Source of the DNA: a virus
Taxonomy: Duplodnaviria > Heunggongvirae > Uroviricota > Caudoviricetes
IMG/VR virus record: IMGVR_UViG_3300046002_003930
Span: 1-64,000 of that record
DNA: 64,000 nucleotides
Direction: 5' to 3' (one strand)
Shown here: positions 8,098 to 18,463 of the stretch, piece by piece
Layout: every line of letters starts with the position of its first letter
How positions within the stretch are numbered: position 1 is the stretch's first letter
The notes under the pieces: generated by a model
Seen by the model: only the letters and a program-made list of their open reading frames with translations
The model's database searches: none
What the model was told of the DNA's origin: nothing
Translations under genes and position numbers: made by a program

Positions 8098-8667
8098 ATG
8101 TTTGAATTCAAGATTGATAACGCACACGCTGCATATAAGCTAATGCAGGATGGCTGGCCAACGAAGATCGTAAGTCTCGTTGGCCCAGACATTAACTTCG
8201 AGCTGCCTGAGCAAGGCGACCATCACATCATCCGAGTTTTCCATGATTTCGAGGGTCCAGTTGACCCAGCTACGCTTGCTGGCACGACTTGGGACCTGAA
8301 AGGTCACGATGTTATTCTGCCAACAAAAGACATGGTCTTTGATGTTCTGCAGCACTGCTGGGACCTTAAAGAGGGTGATCGTCTACTTATTCACTGTCAT
8401 GCAGGGCGCAGCCGAAGTGCTGCAATGCTCATTGGCATTATCTTTGACCATATGCGCGGCAATAGCATCGAAGATGCTCGACGTGCGCTAAAGATGGTTG
8501 AGAAGGTGCGACCTACAATGATTCCTAACCGTCTCATGATTGAGATGATGGATGAGATTATGTGCAACTCGGAGAATCAGCTCCAGGTTGTTGTTAAGGA
8601 ATATTGGGATTCGTATGTCGGTGCTGATAAGGACCTGCGTACTAAATATAGCGGATGGAAAGCATGA
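8098..8667 (+). CDS. CX5R protein tyrosine/dual-specificity phosphatase-like protein
   Basis: LLIHCHAGRSRSAAMLIG matches the HCxxGxxRS phosphatase P-loop. Confidence 0.6.
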   Translation: MFEFKIDNAHAAYKLMQDGWPTKIVSLVGPDINFELPEQGDHHIIRVFHDFEGPVDPATLAGTTWDLKGHDVILPTKDMVFDVLQHCWDLKEGDRLLIHCHAGRSRSAAMLIGIIFDHMRGNSIEDARRALKMVEKVRPTMIPNRLMIEMMDEIMCNSENQLQVVVKEYWDSYVGADKDLRTKYSGWKA

Positions 8668-8856
8668 AAACAGCTAGACAATCGAACGCTGTTGGTTATA
8701 TATTAGTGTTTCTTATAGGCTACGGAGCATTGTCTCTTTTCTTCGATATTTTGAGGTTTATTTCCTGATGATTACGATTCCAATATGGCTTTGGTATACT
8801 ATGTGCTTTATTTGTGGCTCATGGGTAGTGCTAGTGATAAAGGAGCTTAAACGCTA

Positions 8857-9063
8857 ATGCACGTACTGATCTACAAGGGTGATGAGTATTGCTCGGTTAT
8901 GGGTATTTGCTTCACTAAAAAAGGTGCGAAAAAGGTTCGTGACCGTCTAATTAAACAGGACTGTAGGAAGTACCCGCAGTTCAAACATCGTCTACAACAA
9001 CAAAAAGCTGCGTATGTAATTACGCAGCCTCAGAAGGGTCATAAAGATGTTTATTCTACTTGA
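8857..9063 (+). CDS. hypothetical basic protein
   Basis: 68-aa ORF. Confidence 0.4.
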   Translation: MHVLIYKGDEYCSVMGICFTKKGAKKVRDRLIKQDCRKYPQFKHRLQQQKAAYVITQPQKGHKDVYST

Positions 9064-9556
9064 GAAATCCAAGTTTAAATGGGTAACTCCAGATGGCTTG
9101 GACGCAACACCAGAGTTCGAGACTGAACTAGAAGCTGAAGAGTTTCGGGATGAGTACAACCTTGTCGATGCAGCAATTTTTGAACTAAAAGGGTGGATGT
9201 AATGAAATTTGAAGCGTGGAAACAGGAACTTAACACTCTCTTTGTTGGGGAGTTCGGCATGGATAGTGATAGTTTCGAAGACTATCTCTGGCGAGACGCT
9301 TGGGAGGGCTGGCTCACTCCGGAGCAAGCTTTCGATGACTGGATGGAATATGTATATAATCGCTAAATATAACCTAGGGGCCTACTACCCCACTCCGTGG
9401 GCATTTCCCACACTAGAGCACGCTCAAGGTTGGATTATGCAAAACGCTTTGCCCACGTATATTGTCCTATATTTGGCAATCCAACAAGCTCAGGCTGCCT
9501 AATTGGCGCGCTACGCGCGCAAGCCTAAAGATAGCTTTTCAACCCCGAAACTAAAG

Positions 9557-9588
9557 AAACCGATTAGTCTTTCGACTAATCGGTTTTG
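9557..9588 (+). terminator. rho-independent terminator
   Basis: AAACCGATTAGTC-TTTCG-ACTAATCGGTTT followed by TGGC; then about 450 nt of AT-rich non-coding DNA. Confidence 0.65.
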
Positions 9589-10070
9589 GCTAGCGCGGAC
9601 CGGGTGCTCGTAATAGCATGGTCCAAATTTACGTCATGGAATGGAAACTTCTCTTAAAACGTAGATAAAAATTTTCATAGTTGGTAATTGCGTAGCAGAC
9701 ATAGTGGTAGCATCGAACCCGTAATATAGACTTAAGAACTTTGTTTAGCTTATATCACGTTCGAAGTGGCTTATCTTTAGCTTGTCGAAGCTCGATTAAG
9801 CTCTACGGGAGGCTTGCATAAAAGGAATCAATTGGTTCCATGCGGCTTCGTCGCTAACGCTCCTAGCCGCAGGACCGATACTGTAAAGATCCTTTTCTTC
9901 AGACTCCCGTTTTTCTTAATCTTTAACACCACTACTTCATATATATTACACCACCGGAGGCAAAAAGTAAAGACTTATTTTAGAATGCTATGGTATTAAA
10001 AACGCTAGTATGGCCATAACGTATTGTTCGTTTTTTGACTTTGGTATTTCGACAGTTCAAAAATAAGTTC

Positions 10071-10099
10071 TTGACTTTGCCGCCTCGGTGTGCTAAGAT
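10071..10099 (+). promoter_or_regulatory. T5-type promoter (TTGACT-17-TAAGAT)
   Basis: AAAAATAAGTTCTTGACTTTGCCGCCTCGGTGTGCTAAGATACTTAAATG. Confidence 0.55.
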
Positions 10100-10105
10100 A
10101 CTTAA

Positions 10106-10603
10106 ATGATCGCACTAGAGCCGCCGCAAATTCGCCAACCAACTTATTACGAGTGTTCGCGAGGTCACCTAATTCGAGCAATCGACCCCACGCGCTGCGC
10201 GCATTGTGATGGGGTAATCAGCTACCATACACCCGGTTTTCGCGTTGAGAAGATCGTCGGGGCAGAGATTATGCTGATTGACCCAATCGGACGTAAGCAC
10301 GTGATGAAGATTGCAGATGTTGCAAATGGTCTCTTGCCGGGGCGCGACCTACCAGACTTTCCCGGGCGTTGGCTGTACTTTATGAAAACTTACTCCGGGC
10401 ACTATCAGATTGGAGTTTCGAGAAACCCCTACCGCCTTACGCATGGCGAGATTCTAGATACCAAGTTCTTTTCTAGCCTAGCTGCTGCGAACCGCGCGCA
10501 GGATGGAATCCGAGCGAACTATCCTAGCTTGCGTGTTGAGAATCCGTCGGCGAATGCATATAAGACTGTTACTCCAATTAAACCATTTGAAAGGCTGCCA
10601 TGA
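10106..10603 (+). CDS. hypothetical protein (Cys/His cluster near N-terminus)
   Basis: 165-aa ORF directly after promoter. Confidence 0.5.
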   Translation: MIALEPPQIRQPTYYECSRGHLIRAIDPTRCAHCDGVISYHTPGFRVEKIVGAEIMLIDPIGRKHVMKIADVANGLLPGRDLPDFPGRWLYFMKTYSGHYQIGVSRNPYRLTHGEILDTKFFSSLAAANRAQDGIRANYPSLRVENPSANAYKTVTPIKPFERLP

Positions 10604-10729
10604 AGATTATCACGACTCGCGAACAAGCCAAGTGCCTGCTCAAGTTTCTAAACGACAATCTCTACAATGCAGAAACTGAAGACGACTATCTACTACTTGA
10701 AACCTTTTATGACCTTTTGAAAGCAAAAT

Positions 10730-11062
10730 ATGACCAAGTCTGATGTATTCTATTTCGTAATCGCGCATCTTCGTGCGCAAGGTGTGCAGGCCAAGAATGA
10801 GATTGGCTCATGCAGCTATCGTACGCCCGAAGGCTTGAAGTGTGCAGCTGGCTGCCTTATTCCTGACGATGAGTATAACCCTGAGTTTGAGGGTTCATCT
10901 TGGGCAACAATTGCTAGCCACTTCCCACAATATGAAGAATATAGAGACATGATCACGGACTTGCAGCTTCTGCATGATGGCTGCTACCAAGGATTTGACT
11001 CCCTGCGTTTCAGTCTTGCGGTAGCTGTGCTAGAAACTGAACATCTTCACCGGAAAGGCTGA
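10730..11062 (+). CDS. hypothetical protein
   Basis: 110-aa ORF. Confidence 0.45.
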   Translation: MTKSDVFYFVIAHLRAQGVQAKNEIGSCSYRTPEGLKCAAGCLIPDDEYNPEFEGSSWATIASHFPQYEEYRDMITDLQLLHDGCYQGFDSLRFSLAVAVLETEHLHRKG

Positions 11063-11280
11063 TGAAAAAGATACTTATTATACTGACTGCACTCACTCTA
11101 GCTGGGTGCACGTATAAGCCTAGAGACCTTGATGATCTCTACGTATTTGCTAAACATGACGAAACCGGTCTATGTTTCTTCGGAGAAGACTGGGACAATG
11201 ATGGAAGACTAGACAGCGGTACTGCGGGCAATGTGCCTTGCACTTCTGAAGTTGAAGCATGGATTGAGGCCCGCAAATGA
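11062..11280 (+). CDS. small lipoprotein
   Basis: MKKILIILTALTLAGC signal peptide with lipobox. Confidence 0.55.
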   Translation: MKKILIILTALTLAGCTYKPRDLDDLYVFAKHDETGLCFFGEDWDNDGRLDSGTAGNVPCTSEVEAWIEARK

Positions 11281-11912
11281 TTATTGCAATCGGAGATATT
11301 CACGGACGCTTTGACAAGCTCCAAGAACTACTCGCACTTCTTCCCGAAGAAGGCGAGCTGGTGTTTCTTGGCGACTATGTCGATCGCGGGCCACAATCAG
11401 CTGAAGTAGTCGCGCTTCTGCGCGAAACTGCACACATCTGCCTGTTAGGCAATCATGAAGAACTCATGATTGACGCGATTCTACATGGCCAAACGTATAT
11501 GTGGCATATCAATGGCGGTCTAGAAACCATTCAATCGTACAAAAACTTGTACGGTGAGGATAAAGCCTGGATGATGATGGAATCGGACGCTGAATGGATG
11601 CAGACTCTTCCATGCTCTTACACTACGGATACGCATATCTTTGTTCACGCTGGACTTAACCCCCGTAGGGAAGTTCAGACGCGTGAAGATATGATCTGGA
11701 TTAGGGATTTGTTTCTGCGCTCAGATAAAGACTTTGGGCGTCACGTTGTACATGGACACACTCACTCCCATGAAACGAAGAAGTATCATGACGTAGAGCT
11801 TCTTGCTAATCGCACGAATCTAGATACTGCAGCATTTCATACTGGCATTCTTAGTGCCGCTATAATCGACGGCGACACTACGATTGTTGTTCAAACTGAG
11901 GCTGATGAATGA
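11277..11912 (+). CDS. Ser/Thr protein phosphatase (calcineurin-like metallophosphoesterase, lambda-PPase type)
   Basis: IGDIHG, GDYVDRG and GNHE motifs in canonical order. Confidence 0.75.
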   Translation: MIIAIGDIHGRFDKLQELLALLPEEGELVFLGDYVDRGPQSAEVVALLRETAHICLLGNHEELMIDAILHGQTYMWHINGGLETIQSYKNLYGEDKAWMMMESDAEWMQTLPCSYTTDTHIFVHAGLNPRREVQTREDMIWIRDLFLRSDKDFGRHVVHGHTHSHETKKYHDVELLANRTNLDTAAFHTGILSAAIIDGDTTIVVQTEADE

Positions 11913-12062
11913 AAGAGGCGCTTTATCACACACTAGACCTTACTTGGGAAGAGCTTCAACTTCTTAAAGGTTTAGTGTACACTGAAATCAATAACGAGAT
12001 TCGCCCAGAGGAATCTCGTATTCTCGATAATCTTCACAACTCACTCCAAAGGCTAGATAAAT

Positions 12063-12269
12063 ATGCGATTTAATTGTGGTCCAGATAAGTGGACAAGGCG
12101 ACGGATTAAAGAGGCAAAAATGCTTGGCTGGCACAAGCATTTTGCTTGGCTGCCAATTCGTATAGGTGAAAACGATTGCCGCTGGCTAGAAACCGTAGAG
12201 CGTAAGTTTGACTACTGGAACAGGTATGGTGATTATGGTTCCCATCCGGAGTATCGCGAATGTACGTAA
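12063..12269 (+). CDS. hypothetical protein
   Basis: 68-aa ORF. Confidence 0.4.
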   Translation: MRFNCGPDKWTRRRIKEAKMLGWHKHFAWLPIRIGENDCRWLETVERKFDYWNRYGDYGSHPEYRECT

Positions 12270-12685
12270 CAATTCCAACTGATGGGTACTGGTTCAAAAC
12301 GGATGGTATTCGTACGATTGAAGAGCGCTACGGCGCTAAGTATATGGGGTATTGGTGTACACGTAACTCGCGTGGTGGGTGGAATGAGCGCCCGGTAGAT
12401 GTTTTCTATCAGCCTAATCCTAAGACTGAGCTTGGACATAGCCATTACTTCGGTATGTTCATTCAAGATGACTCAGTGTACATCACGAACGCTGAATCAG
12501 CCTTCTCCGAAGGAATGACGGGCGCACTATGTGCTGATGGCGAGGTAATCATTTCTCGTTATGTACATGATTACATCGAGAAGAAAGGCGTTATGATTGA
12601 TGGTGGACGAGACTATGTGCGCTCTACTACTGGCAAGCTTGTGCGTGTTACTGTAGAAGGTTCGGAGTTCGTCTTTGAAAAATAA
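12260..12685 (+). CDS. hypothetical protein
   Basis: 141-aa ORF. Confidence 0.45.
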   Translation: MYVTIPTDGYWFKTDGIRTIEERYGAKYMGYWCTRNSRGGWNERPVDVFYQPNPKTELGHSHYFGMFIQDDSVYITNAESAFSEGMTGALCADGEVIISRYVHDYIEKKGVMIDGGRDYVRSTTGKLVRVTVEGSEFVFEK

Positions 12686-12955
12686 GTCTTGACTTTTCTC
12701 CTGATCGAGTATACACTTAATACTTAATCAGGAGATTTCAAATGCTGAATAAACTATTAGACCACCTACTTAAGGACTTGTTCCCATGGATTTGACTAGC
12801 CAACAAAAAACTACGCTGCTCGCTCTAGTTAACGCAGAGATCGCGGACCTGAACGATACACACATGCTTGAACCTAAAATACAAGCATTGGTTACGGCAG
12901 AAAAAGATCGTTTAAAAGAAATTGTTGAAGCTCTATCGCCTCCTAGTTACTACCG

Positions 12956-13213
12956 ATGATTTGTTACAGCGACACAGAACTTAAAGGTCCGGGTGGCGCT
13001 ATTCGTGTTGACCCGACGAAGGCATATTTGCGACATTACGACAACTATCTGTACCTTCAGTTCTTGTCGCGCAAATCATCGGACCCAAGAGAGCGCGGTC
13101 AAGCGTTGCGGGAACTCACTATTGCTGAAAGAAAATTAAAATTCCACTATAGAGATGCTAATAAAGAAGAAGTACTAAAGGGTGTCCAGAACTTGCGAAG
13201 ACGTTGGCTCTAA
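12956..13213 (+). CDS. hypothetical protein
   Basis: 85-aa ORF. Confidence 0.4.
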   Translation: MICYSDTELKGPGGAIRVDPTKAYLRHYDNYLYLQFLSRKSSDPRERGQALRELTIAERKLKFHYRDANKEEVLKGVQNLRRRWL

Positions 13214-13846
13214 TCCTAGAATATCGTATTCGAAAAGTTCAGTAGAGCCGTTAGATTTAAGAAAGCCTTTAAGGTTCTGCCTTTCATCTTTATATTTGAT
13301 AAGAAGCTCTTTTTCTCGTATCAAAGCGTTGTAGCCGGTATCAAAATGTCTTATAGCTAAAACGGTAAAAGTTTTATCTGTGTCAGACTTAAACCTTTCT
13401 TTGATGGTAGTACCAGTTACTCCTATTTTATAATAAGTTTCATTGTCTTTAGTGACTTTAATATAATATAAATCACAAGGGTTGCTGTAGTTAAAAGAGC
13501 TAGTAGAGCAGAATGGACAGCCAGTTCCATCTAATAAACGAGCGGGAGCGACCAACCATTCATGGCCTTCGGAACAAGCATGAAGTATTTTGCTAAAAGA
13601 CCCCTCATATTTTTCAACGGGGTAATAATCTATTTCTTTTAGCATTAGTTGCTCCTCATACCACTCATGTGTTCTAACACGTTTGCCGTTTGGATTACCA
13701 GCTACCTTTAAGTTAAGACGATTTGCTTTATTAACTATAGAAGGAACACTTCTATTAAGGTTCTCGGCACAATATTTAGCACCATGAATAGGATAATTTT
13801 CTGTTAAAAACTCGATTTCTTTTGTAGTGTAAATTTTATTGGTCAT
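13175..13846 (-). CDS. free-standing homing-endonuclease-like protein (zinc-ribbon repeats plus T5orf172/GIY-YIG-like C-terminal domain), opposite strand
   Basis: Paired Cys motifs (CPFC etc.), YYIKVTKD...YKIGVTGT resembling the T5orf172 domain; own minus-strand promoter CTTGACT-17-TATAAT at about 13860-13905; paralog of 49445-50107. Confidence 0.55.
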   Translation of the reverse strand: MTNKIYTTKEIEFLTENYPIHGAKYCAENLNRSVPSIVNKANRLNLKVAGNPNGKRVRTHEWYEEQLMLKEIDYYPVEKYEGSFSKILHACSEGHEWLVAPARLLDGTGCPFCSTSSFNYSNPCDLYYIKVTKDNETYYKIGVTGTTIKERFKSDTDKTFTVLAIRHFDTGYNALIREKELLIKYKDERQNLKGFLKSNGSTELFEYDILGLEPTSSQVLDTL

Positions 13847-14084
13847 AAAAACATTATAGATGAAATATCATGAGAAGTCAAGAAAATTTTACAACAATTA
13901 AAATTTAATTCAAAAAGGAAATGGCTGTGACACCTGAAAATGCTTATATAGAGGCAGTAAACGAACTTGGTCTTGACGCCTCGGCTCAGGACATTTTCGA
14001 CTATGCGGTAGATATTTATGAAGCTGAAAATAAGCCTATTAAATATTTTAAAGCACGAGAAGTTATGCAGGAGTGGTATGAGGC

Positions 14085-14330
14085 ATGAACCGAGAAAAAC
14101 AAGCAATCGCATTCGTTAACGCACTCCGTGCATATGAAAAAGCTCTAGAGCCTATTATCGAATTCGATCGTATGCTAGATAAATGGAAGAACCAACGCCA
14201 ATTTGTGTGGGCCGGTGTAAAGCTAGAAATGACTGATGAAGCTGCTAAAGCTTTTCGCAGTCAAGTAGCGCAGAATATGGAAAACTTGCGTCAAGAACTT
14301 AATATTGCTAGGGAAGCGTTAAATGATTAG
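14085..14330 (+). CDS. hypothetical protein
   Basis: 81-aa ORF. Confidence 0.45.
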   Translation: MNREKQAIAFVNALRAYEKALEPIIEFDRMLDKWKNQRQFVWAGVKLEMTDEAAKAFRSQVAQNMENLRQELNIAREALND

Positions 14331-14659
14331 ATTTCTGAAACAAATGGCCCTAGGTGCGCTTATCTTATTCCCAATAGCTGTCTTTAAAGCTTTGGCCGAA
14401 AAACATTTTGGCTGGGACCTTGATTTTGCGTATGGGTGGGCGGGGGCAACAACCTGGTTTCTAATTTATTTTTGGGATGATATTCGTACATGAAATTCTG
14501 GACAATTCTCCTAAACGGATGCCCGCGTCTTGATATTACGGGCGTAGAGATAGAAGATGCACGTCAACGTGCTGCCAAAGTTCTTGGTGGGCGCGAATTT
14601 GCGTATCACGTCCAACATGGACAAATCAAATTTATTCAAGTTAAACTAGAGGTTATGGT

Positions 14660-15196
14660 ATGAATTGGTTTAAAAAGTTTGATCGTCGTATGAAACAACC
14701 CGTTACACAGGGTCCGGCCATAGGCACGGCGGTAGCACAGATCCCTGTCGGAGTAACACCGTTATTCGATCTTGAGAAAAAGATCGCAGAAGGCGTAAAA
14801 GCCGCTATGTATTCTGCAAAGTATAAAGACGTTAATGCAAAGCTTGATGCTTTGCTTACGACATACGTGCCAAAAGGTCCACGATATAAAATTCGTCAAC
14901 ATCCTGAAGGTGGTAATATTATTCTTCAGCTTAAAGTTGTGCATAAGAATGTTAGTGATGCTTCTACAAAATACGATGTGTATAACCGCAAGCTTCTGCC
15001 TACACTTACAGACCTAGAAGCTTTTGACCCCACGCCCGTAGAAAAGTACGTTTCAATCCGCATGACCGATGACTATGGCAAAATGATTGAGCGGCGCTTT
15101 GACAGTCTTACCTTGGCTGAGTATTACCTGTACCGTCTTGCCGACCCGGAAATGTTTGAAACATGCTATGATGGGGACCCTCTTAAACGATTATGA
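14660..15196 (+). CDS. hypothetical protein
   Basis: 178-aa ORF. Confidence 0.5.
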   Translation: MNWFKKFDRRMKQPVTQGPAIGTAVAQIPVGVTPLFDLEKKIAEGVKAAMYSAKYKDVNAKLDALLTTYVPKGPRYKIRQHPEGGNIILQLKVVHKNVSDASTKYDVYNRKLLPTLTDLEAFDPTPVEKYVSIRMTDDYGKMIERRFDSLTLAEYYLYRLADPEMFETCYDGDPLKRL

Positions 15197-15504
15197 ATGT
15201 AAAGCGCATTGAAGCCGCAGGTAAGCTAGTTCAGCTAAAGATTGGCGAAACCGACTTGTCCATAGGAGATGCGCGCGAGCTTGCTAAAACTATTCTAGGA
15301 CATACTGACCCCACATACTCGCATGAACGTCTAGTACATGATCTAGCTCGCGCAATCTATCCCCGTTCCTGGGAAGACCATGGCGCGGTGTACGAACCTA
15401 ACACCGCTATTAGCATTGCAAAGACGGTCATTCAAAAGATGCGACAATCTGGCTGGACTTTAGTTAAACTTCGACGCGAAGATTTCACCGCTCAAACGCC
15501 TTAA
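15193..15504 (+). CDS. hypothetical protein
   Basis: 103-aa ORF, overlapping start. Confidence 0.45.
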   Translation: MNVKRIEAAGKLVQLKIGETDLSIGDARELAKTILGHTDPTYSHERLVHDLARAIYPRSWEDHGAVYEPNTAISIAKTVIQKMRQSGWTLVKLRREDFTAQTP

Positions 15505-15516
15505 GGTATTGATCAC

Positions 15517-16017
15517 TTGGACCAGCACTTAAAATCCAGAGGAATGCAACCTGACTTCTATCCGGGATACGGATGGAAGGGTGATGTTGCGCGCTTTCCG
15601 CTGCGCAATTTCGCTGGAATGATGACTGGATATATTCAGTACCGCCCCGATGGGGATAAAAAGGCTCAAAACGCTGAGACTGGGCGATATTACACTTTCA
15701 TCACCAAAGGTGAAATCGGCATTTTCGGTATGGAGTCACTACATCTTAGCCATACAATCTACCTTACTGGTGGAATGTTTAAAGCCTCAACGCTACATCG
15801 CCTAGGTTTTGCAGCGCTACACGTGTCGTCAGTATCACCTAAAGTACTAAAGCATCAGCTCTATATCCTTAATCGCCCGTATATCGCCATTGGAGATAAT
15901 GATGACGAAGGCAGAACTTTTGTCCGTCGCTTTGGAGGCTTCACTAGTCCAGTCGACGTCGACGAAATGGCTGACAGCGATGTGTTGGAGATGCTTAAGG
16001 CTCACGATTGTAGCTAA
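15517..16017 (+). CDS. hypothetical protein (possible TOPRIM-like IGDNDDEG acidic motif)
   Basis: 166 aa; YIAIGDNDDEG resembles a DxD TOPRIM motif, weak. Confidence 0.4.
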   Translation: MDQHLKSRGMQPDFYPGYGWKGDVARFPLRNFAGMMTGYIQYRPDGDKKAQNAETGRYYTFITKGEIGIFGMESLHLSHTIYLTGGMFKASTLHRLGFAALHVSSVSPKVLKHQLYILNRPYIAIGDNDDEGRTFVRRFGGFTSPVDVDEMADSDVLEMLKAHDCS

Positions 16018-16021
16018 CGTA

Positions 16022-16207
16022 ATGATGTTAGTGTATATGTTTGTAGGCCTGTGCATCTTTGTATATCACTTAGGCGAAGCATGGCTGAGCGGGAATGCAC
16101 TTGGAGGTGCTTGGAATACTACTCTAGGGGTAGTTTATGGGCTTACGTGGCCAGCGATTCTGGTCGGCTTTTTAATTTGGATTATTTGGGATGCATACAA
16201 ACGGTGA
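16022..16207 (+). CDS. small membrane protein
   Basis: MMLVYMFVGLCIFVYHL... two hydrophobic helices; ORF-track start 15890 is an upstream extension overlapping 15517-16017. Confidence 0.4.
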   Translation: MMLVYMFVGLCIFVYHLGEAWLSGNALGGAWNTTLGVVYGLTWPAILVGFLIWIIWDAYKR

Positions 16208-16354
16208 AACAATAGGCACTGGAGTCGATGCAGGAAAACTTAGACAGTTTCGCATTATTCAGTATGATGGCCTATTCGTATGGGTAGAAGCCCTGAACGG
16301 GCACTCTAAAGGTGAACGCTTGACCTTTCGCAAGTGTGATTTAAAGGAAGTAAA

Positions 16355-16546
16355 ATGAAGAAATCTGAAATCCGCGTACTCGCAAATATTATGGGCGAGA
16401 TTGAGCTGCCAAAAAGCGTAATTCGTGAGAATTACAACTGTAAGTACGTTGGTGATATTATCGACGCTAAAACACTAAAGAAGATGGCTAAAGTCCTGCT
16501 GAAGCAAGGTGAGGCTATTATTGAACAGGAAAAGCAATGCTCGTAA
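16355..16546 (+). CDS. hypothetical protein
   Basis: RBS AAGGAAG then ATG. Confidence 0.45.
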   Translation: MKKSEIRVLANIMGEIELPKSVIRENYNCKYVGDIIDAKTLKKMAKVLLKQGEAIIEQEKQCS

Positions 16547-16866
16547 CCCTAATGGCGATTCTCGCCCTACAAACAGCCACCCCACAAGCCCGAACTGCTA
16601 ACTGCTTTGTTAACGGTGCTCAGACTTCGGTACGATGTGCAATCGTTGTTAACAGAACTATTCCTGGAACAGTGATCGTTAGTTACGGTTTTGGTGTAGA
16701 CAATAATGTCCACTATGTTGGGCCAAAAGTTGACGCGCGTAGTAGCCAAGTAACTTCGATTCAGGTTCGCAATGCGCCACGAGTGCCAGATACAGGGGTC
16801 TGTATTGCTGACTCCGAGGCTGCCTCTTGCATGGTTGATGGGCTTCAAATCATCGGAATCTATTAA
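16537..16866 (+). CDS. hypothetical protein
   Basis: 109-aa ORF. Confidence 0.45.
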   Translation: MLVTLMAILALQTATPQARTANCFVNGAQTSVRCAIVVNRTIPGTVIVSYGFGVDNNVHYVGPKVDARSSQVTSIQVRNAPRVPDTGVCIADSEAASCMVDGLQIIGIY

Positions 16867-16928
16867 GTTTCTTGACTTTTCCGCTAATCGAGCTTATACT
16901 TTAAGTTCAATCGCAAAGGAGATATACA

Positions 16929-17258
16929 ATGCTGCTTGTTAAGTTTAATTCCAATTGGGCCGATGAGTTCGATGTAAATGGCTTCGCTCTTATGGAGCAG
17001 GAGCAGTACGACCTGCTGGTGCGTTATTACTCGCATCCTCGGGCCTCGTTTAATTTCGGCACTAACGAAGGTTTTGAAAACGAAAACGGCGACACTATTG
17101 CTCGTGGCTTTAGTGCAGAAGAAGTCTCGGACGAGACTATCTATGTCCTCCGCCAAGCATTCCCAGACCTGAATCGGTCTTACAACCCAAGCTACGGAAT
17201 TTTCCCATATATGGACGACGCCTGTGAAGAAGGCATCGCTGAACTCGACGAGGACTAA
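16929..17258 (+). CDS. hypothetical acidic protein
   Basis: Preceded by T5-type promoter (TTCTTGACTTTTCCGCTAATCGAGCTTATACTT) and RBS AAGGAGA. Confidence 0.5.
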   Translation: MLLVKFNSNWADEFDVNGFALMEQEQYDLLVRYYSHPRASFNFGTNEGFENENGDTIARGFSAEEVSDETIYVLRQAFPDLNRSYNPSYGIFPYMDDACEEGIAELDED

Positions 17259-17533
17259 TGCACTACACATTTCGCCAAATAGCTGACAGGACGTACGAAG
17301 TCACCAAGTGGGACGGCGAGCCTATTGACACGTATACCATTGAGTGGCGCAAGGGCACCCTCAGTGCCCATATGTGTGACTGTCCTGCACGTGTACCTTG
17401 TCGGCATTTGCATATGCTAAAAGAAGCTATCGACACTGGCAAAATGGACGAGCCGTGGTTGTGGATTTATGAAGATGATTGGGTACGTGTATTCGATCAA
17501 ACTGTTTGTGTTTACGCGGAGTTAGTAGAGTGA
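17258..17533 (+). CDS. SWIM-type zinc-finger protein
   Basis: CDCPARVPCRHLH fits the CxCxnCxH SWIM pattern. Confidence 0.45.
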   Translation: MHYTFRQIADRTYEVTKWDGEPIDTYTIEWRKGTLSAHMCDCPARVPCRHLHMLKEAIDTGKMDEPWLWIYEDDWVRVFDQTVCVYAELVE

Positions 17534-17775
17534 AAGAACAAGTTATTGTAGATGCTATTAATGCGCAGGGGCTTATTGCGTCTGATGCTGCAAGAAAAAT
17601 TACTGAACTGTATAATCTATTAAGAACAACTTGTTCTCACCCTAAGATTATCTTTAAGGAGTCTTATTCAGAAGGTTCCTATTATGATCGCGAAGAGTGG
17701 ATTACGGAAGAAATCTGTACATATTGCCAGCACAACTTTGGCATTGTTAAACGTACTATTGGAGGATATGGATGA
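17530..17775 (+). CDS. hypothetical protein (GTG start)
   Basis: In-frame part of ORF 17479-17775 beginning at GTG 17530 after previous stop. Confidence 0.35.
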   Translation: MKEQVIVDAINAQGLIASDAARKITELYNLLRTTCSHPKIIFKESYSEGSYYDREEWITEEICTYCQHNFGIVKRTIGGYG

Positions 17776-18014
17776 AGAATATACAGACTAAGAGTCGTCA
17801 CCACTTCCCTGTAGGGTTGCTAGAAAGTTTTGAGTCTGACGTCAATGACGGTTCGGCAGAACCACCACGTGTTGCGTTTATTATGTGGGATAAAGCCGCT
17901 CCTTCTACATACTCAGTAGTTTTCTATCAAGGTGGGCATCAAACCGAGATTCGTGAGTATACGCGCTCTCTGGATTGGGTCGAGCCACAGGATACTGGCC
18001 CACAGGCTGCTTAA
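17772..18014 (+). CDS. hypothetical protein
   Basis: 80-aa ORF. Confidence 0.45.
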   Translation: MKNIQTKSRHHFPVGLLESFESDVNDGSAEPPRVAFIMWDKAAPSTYSVVFYQGGHQTEIREYTRSLDWVEPQDTGPQAA

Positions 18015-18073
18015 AAAGTTCTTGACTTTTGAGTTGAGCTTGGCTATACTTGAGAATAATCAGAGAGGGAAAT

Positions 18074-18463
18074 ATGTTCGTTTACGAAGTGCAAGAAATC
18101 GCCAATAAGCTGAAAGATGCTATTGAACGTTTCCATAAAGAAGTATTGACTAATAAGGAGGCTTTCACGCTAGATGAGCGTTGGACCGCTTACGAAAAAG
18201 TAGCAGAGTTGTTGCCTATCGGTTACGACTATTGTGGTAACGCCTTCGAGGAAGTTCTTGGGGATATTTCTCTATACGACGAATTTTACATTGAACGCTA
18301 TCAAACTGCTAAATACGTGAACCAAGTGGAAGGCCTCGAAGACGATTTGGCTTCTGCTGAAGAAGACGTTGCTTATGAGCCGCGCTATACTCGTGAACTA
18401 GTTGATGCTATTAAAGAAGCTATTCTAGCCTCTGGAATGCAAGGATTCATCTATGACTGGTAG
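18074..18463 (+). CDS. hypothetical protein
   Basis: T5-type promoter 18022-18050 then RBS GAGAGGGAAAT then ATG 18074. Confidence 0.5.
   Translation: MFVYEVQEIANKLKDAIERFHKEVLTNKEAFTLDERWTAYEKVAELLPIGYDYCGNAFEEVLGDISLYDEFYIERYQTAKYVNQVEGLEDDLASAEEDVAYEPRYTRELVDAIKEAILASGMQGFIYDW

Noticed and set aside
9814-9999. 61-aa ORF in the AT-rich gap 9590-10060
   Set aside because: No RBS, low-complexity translation, sits between a terminator and the next promoter
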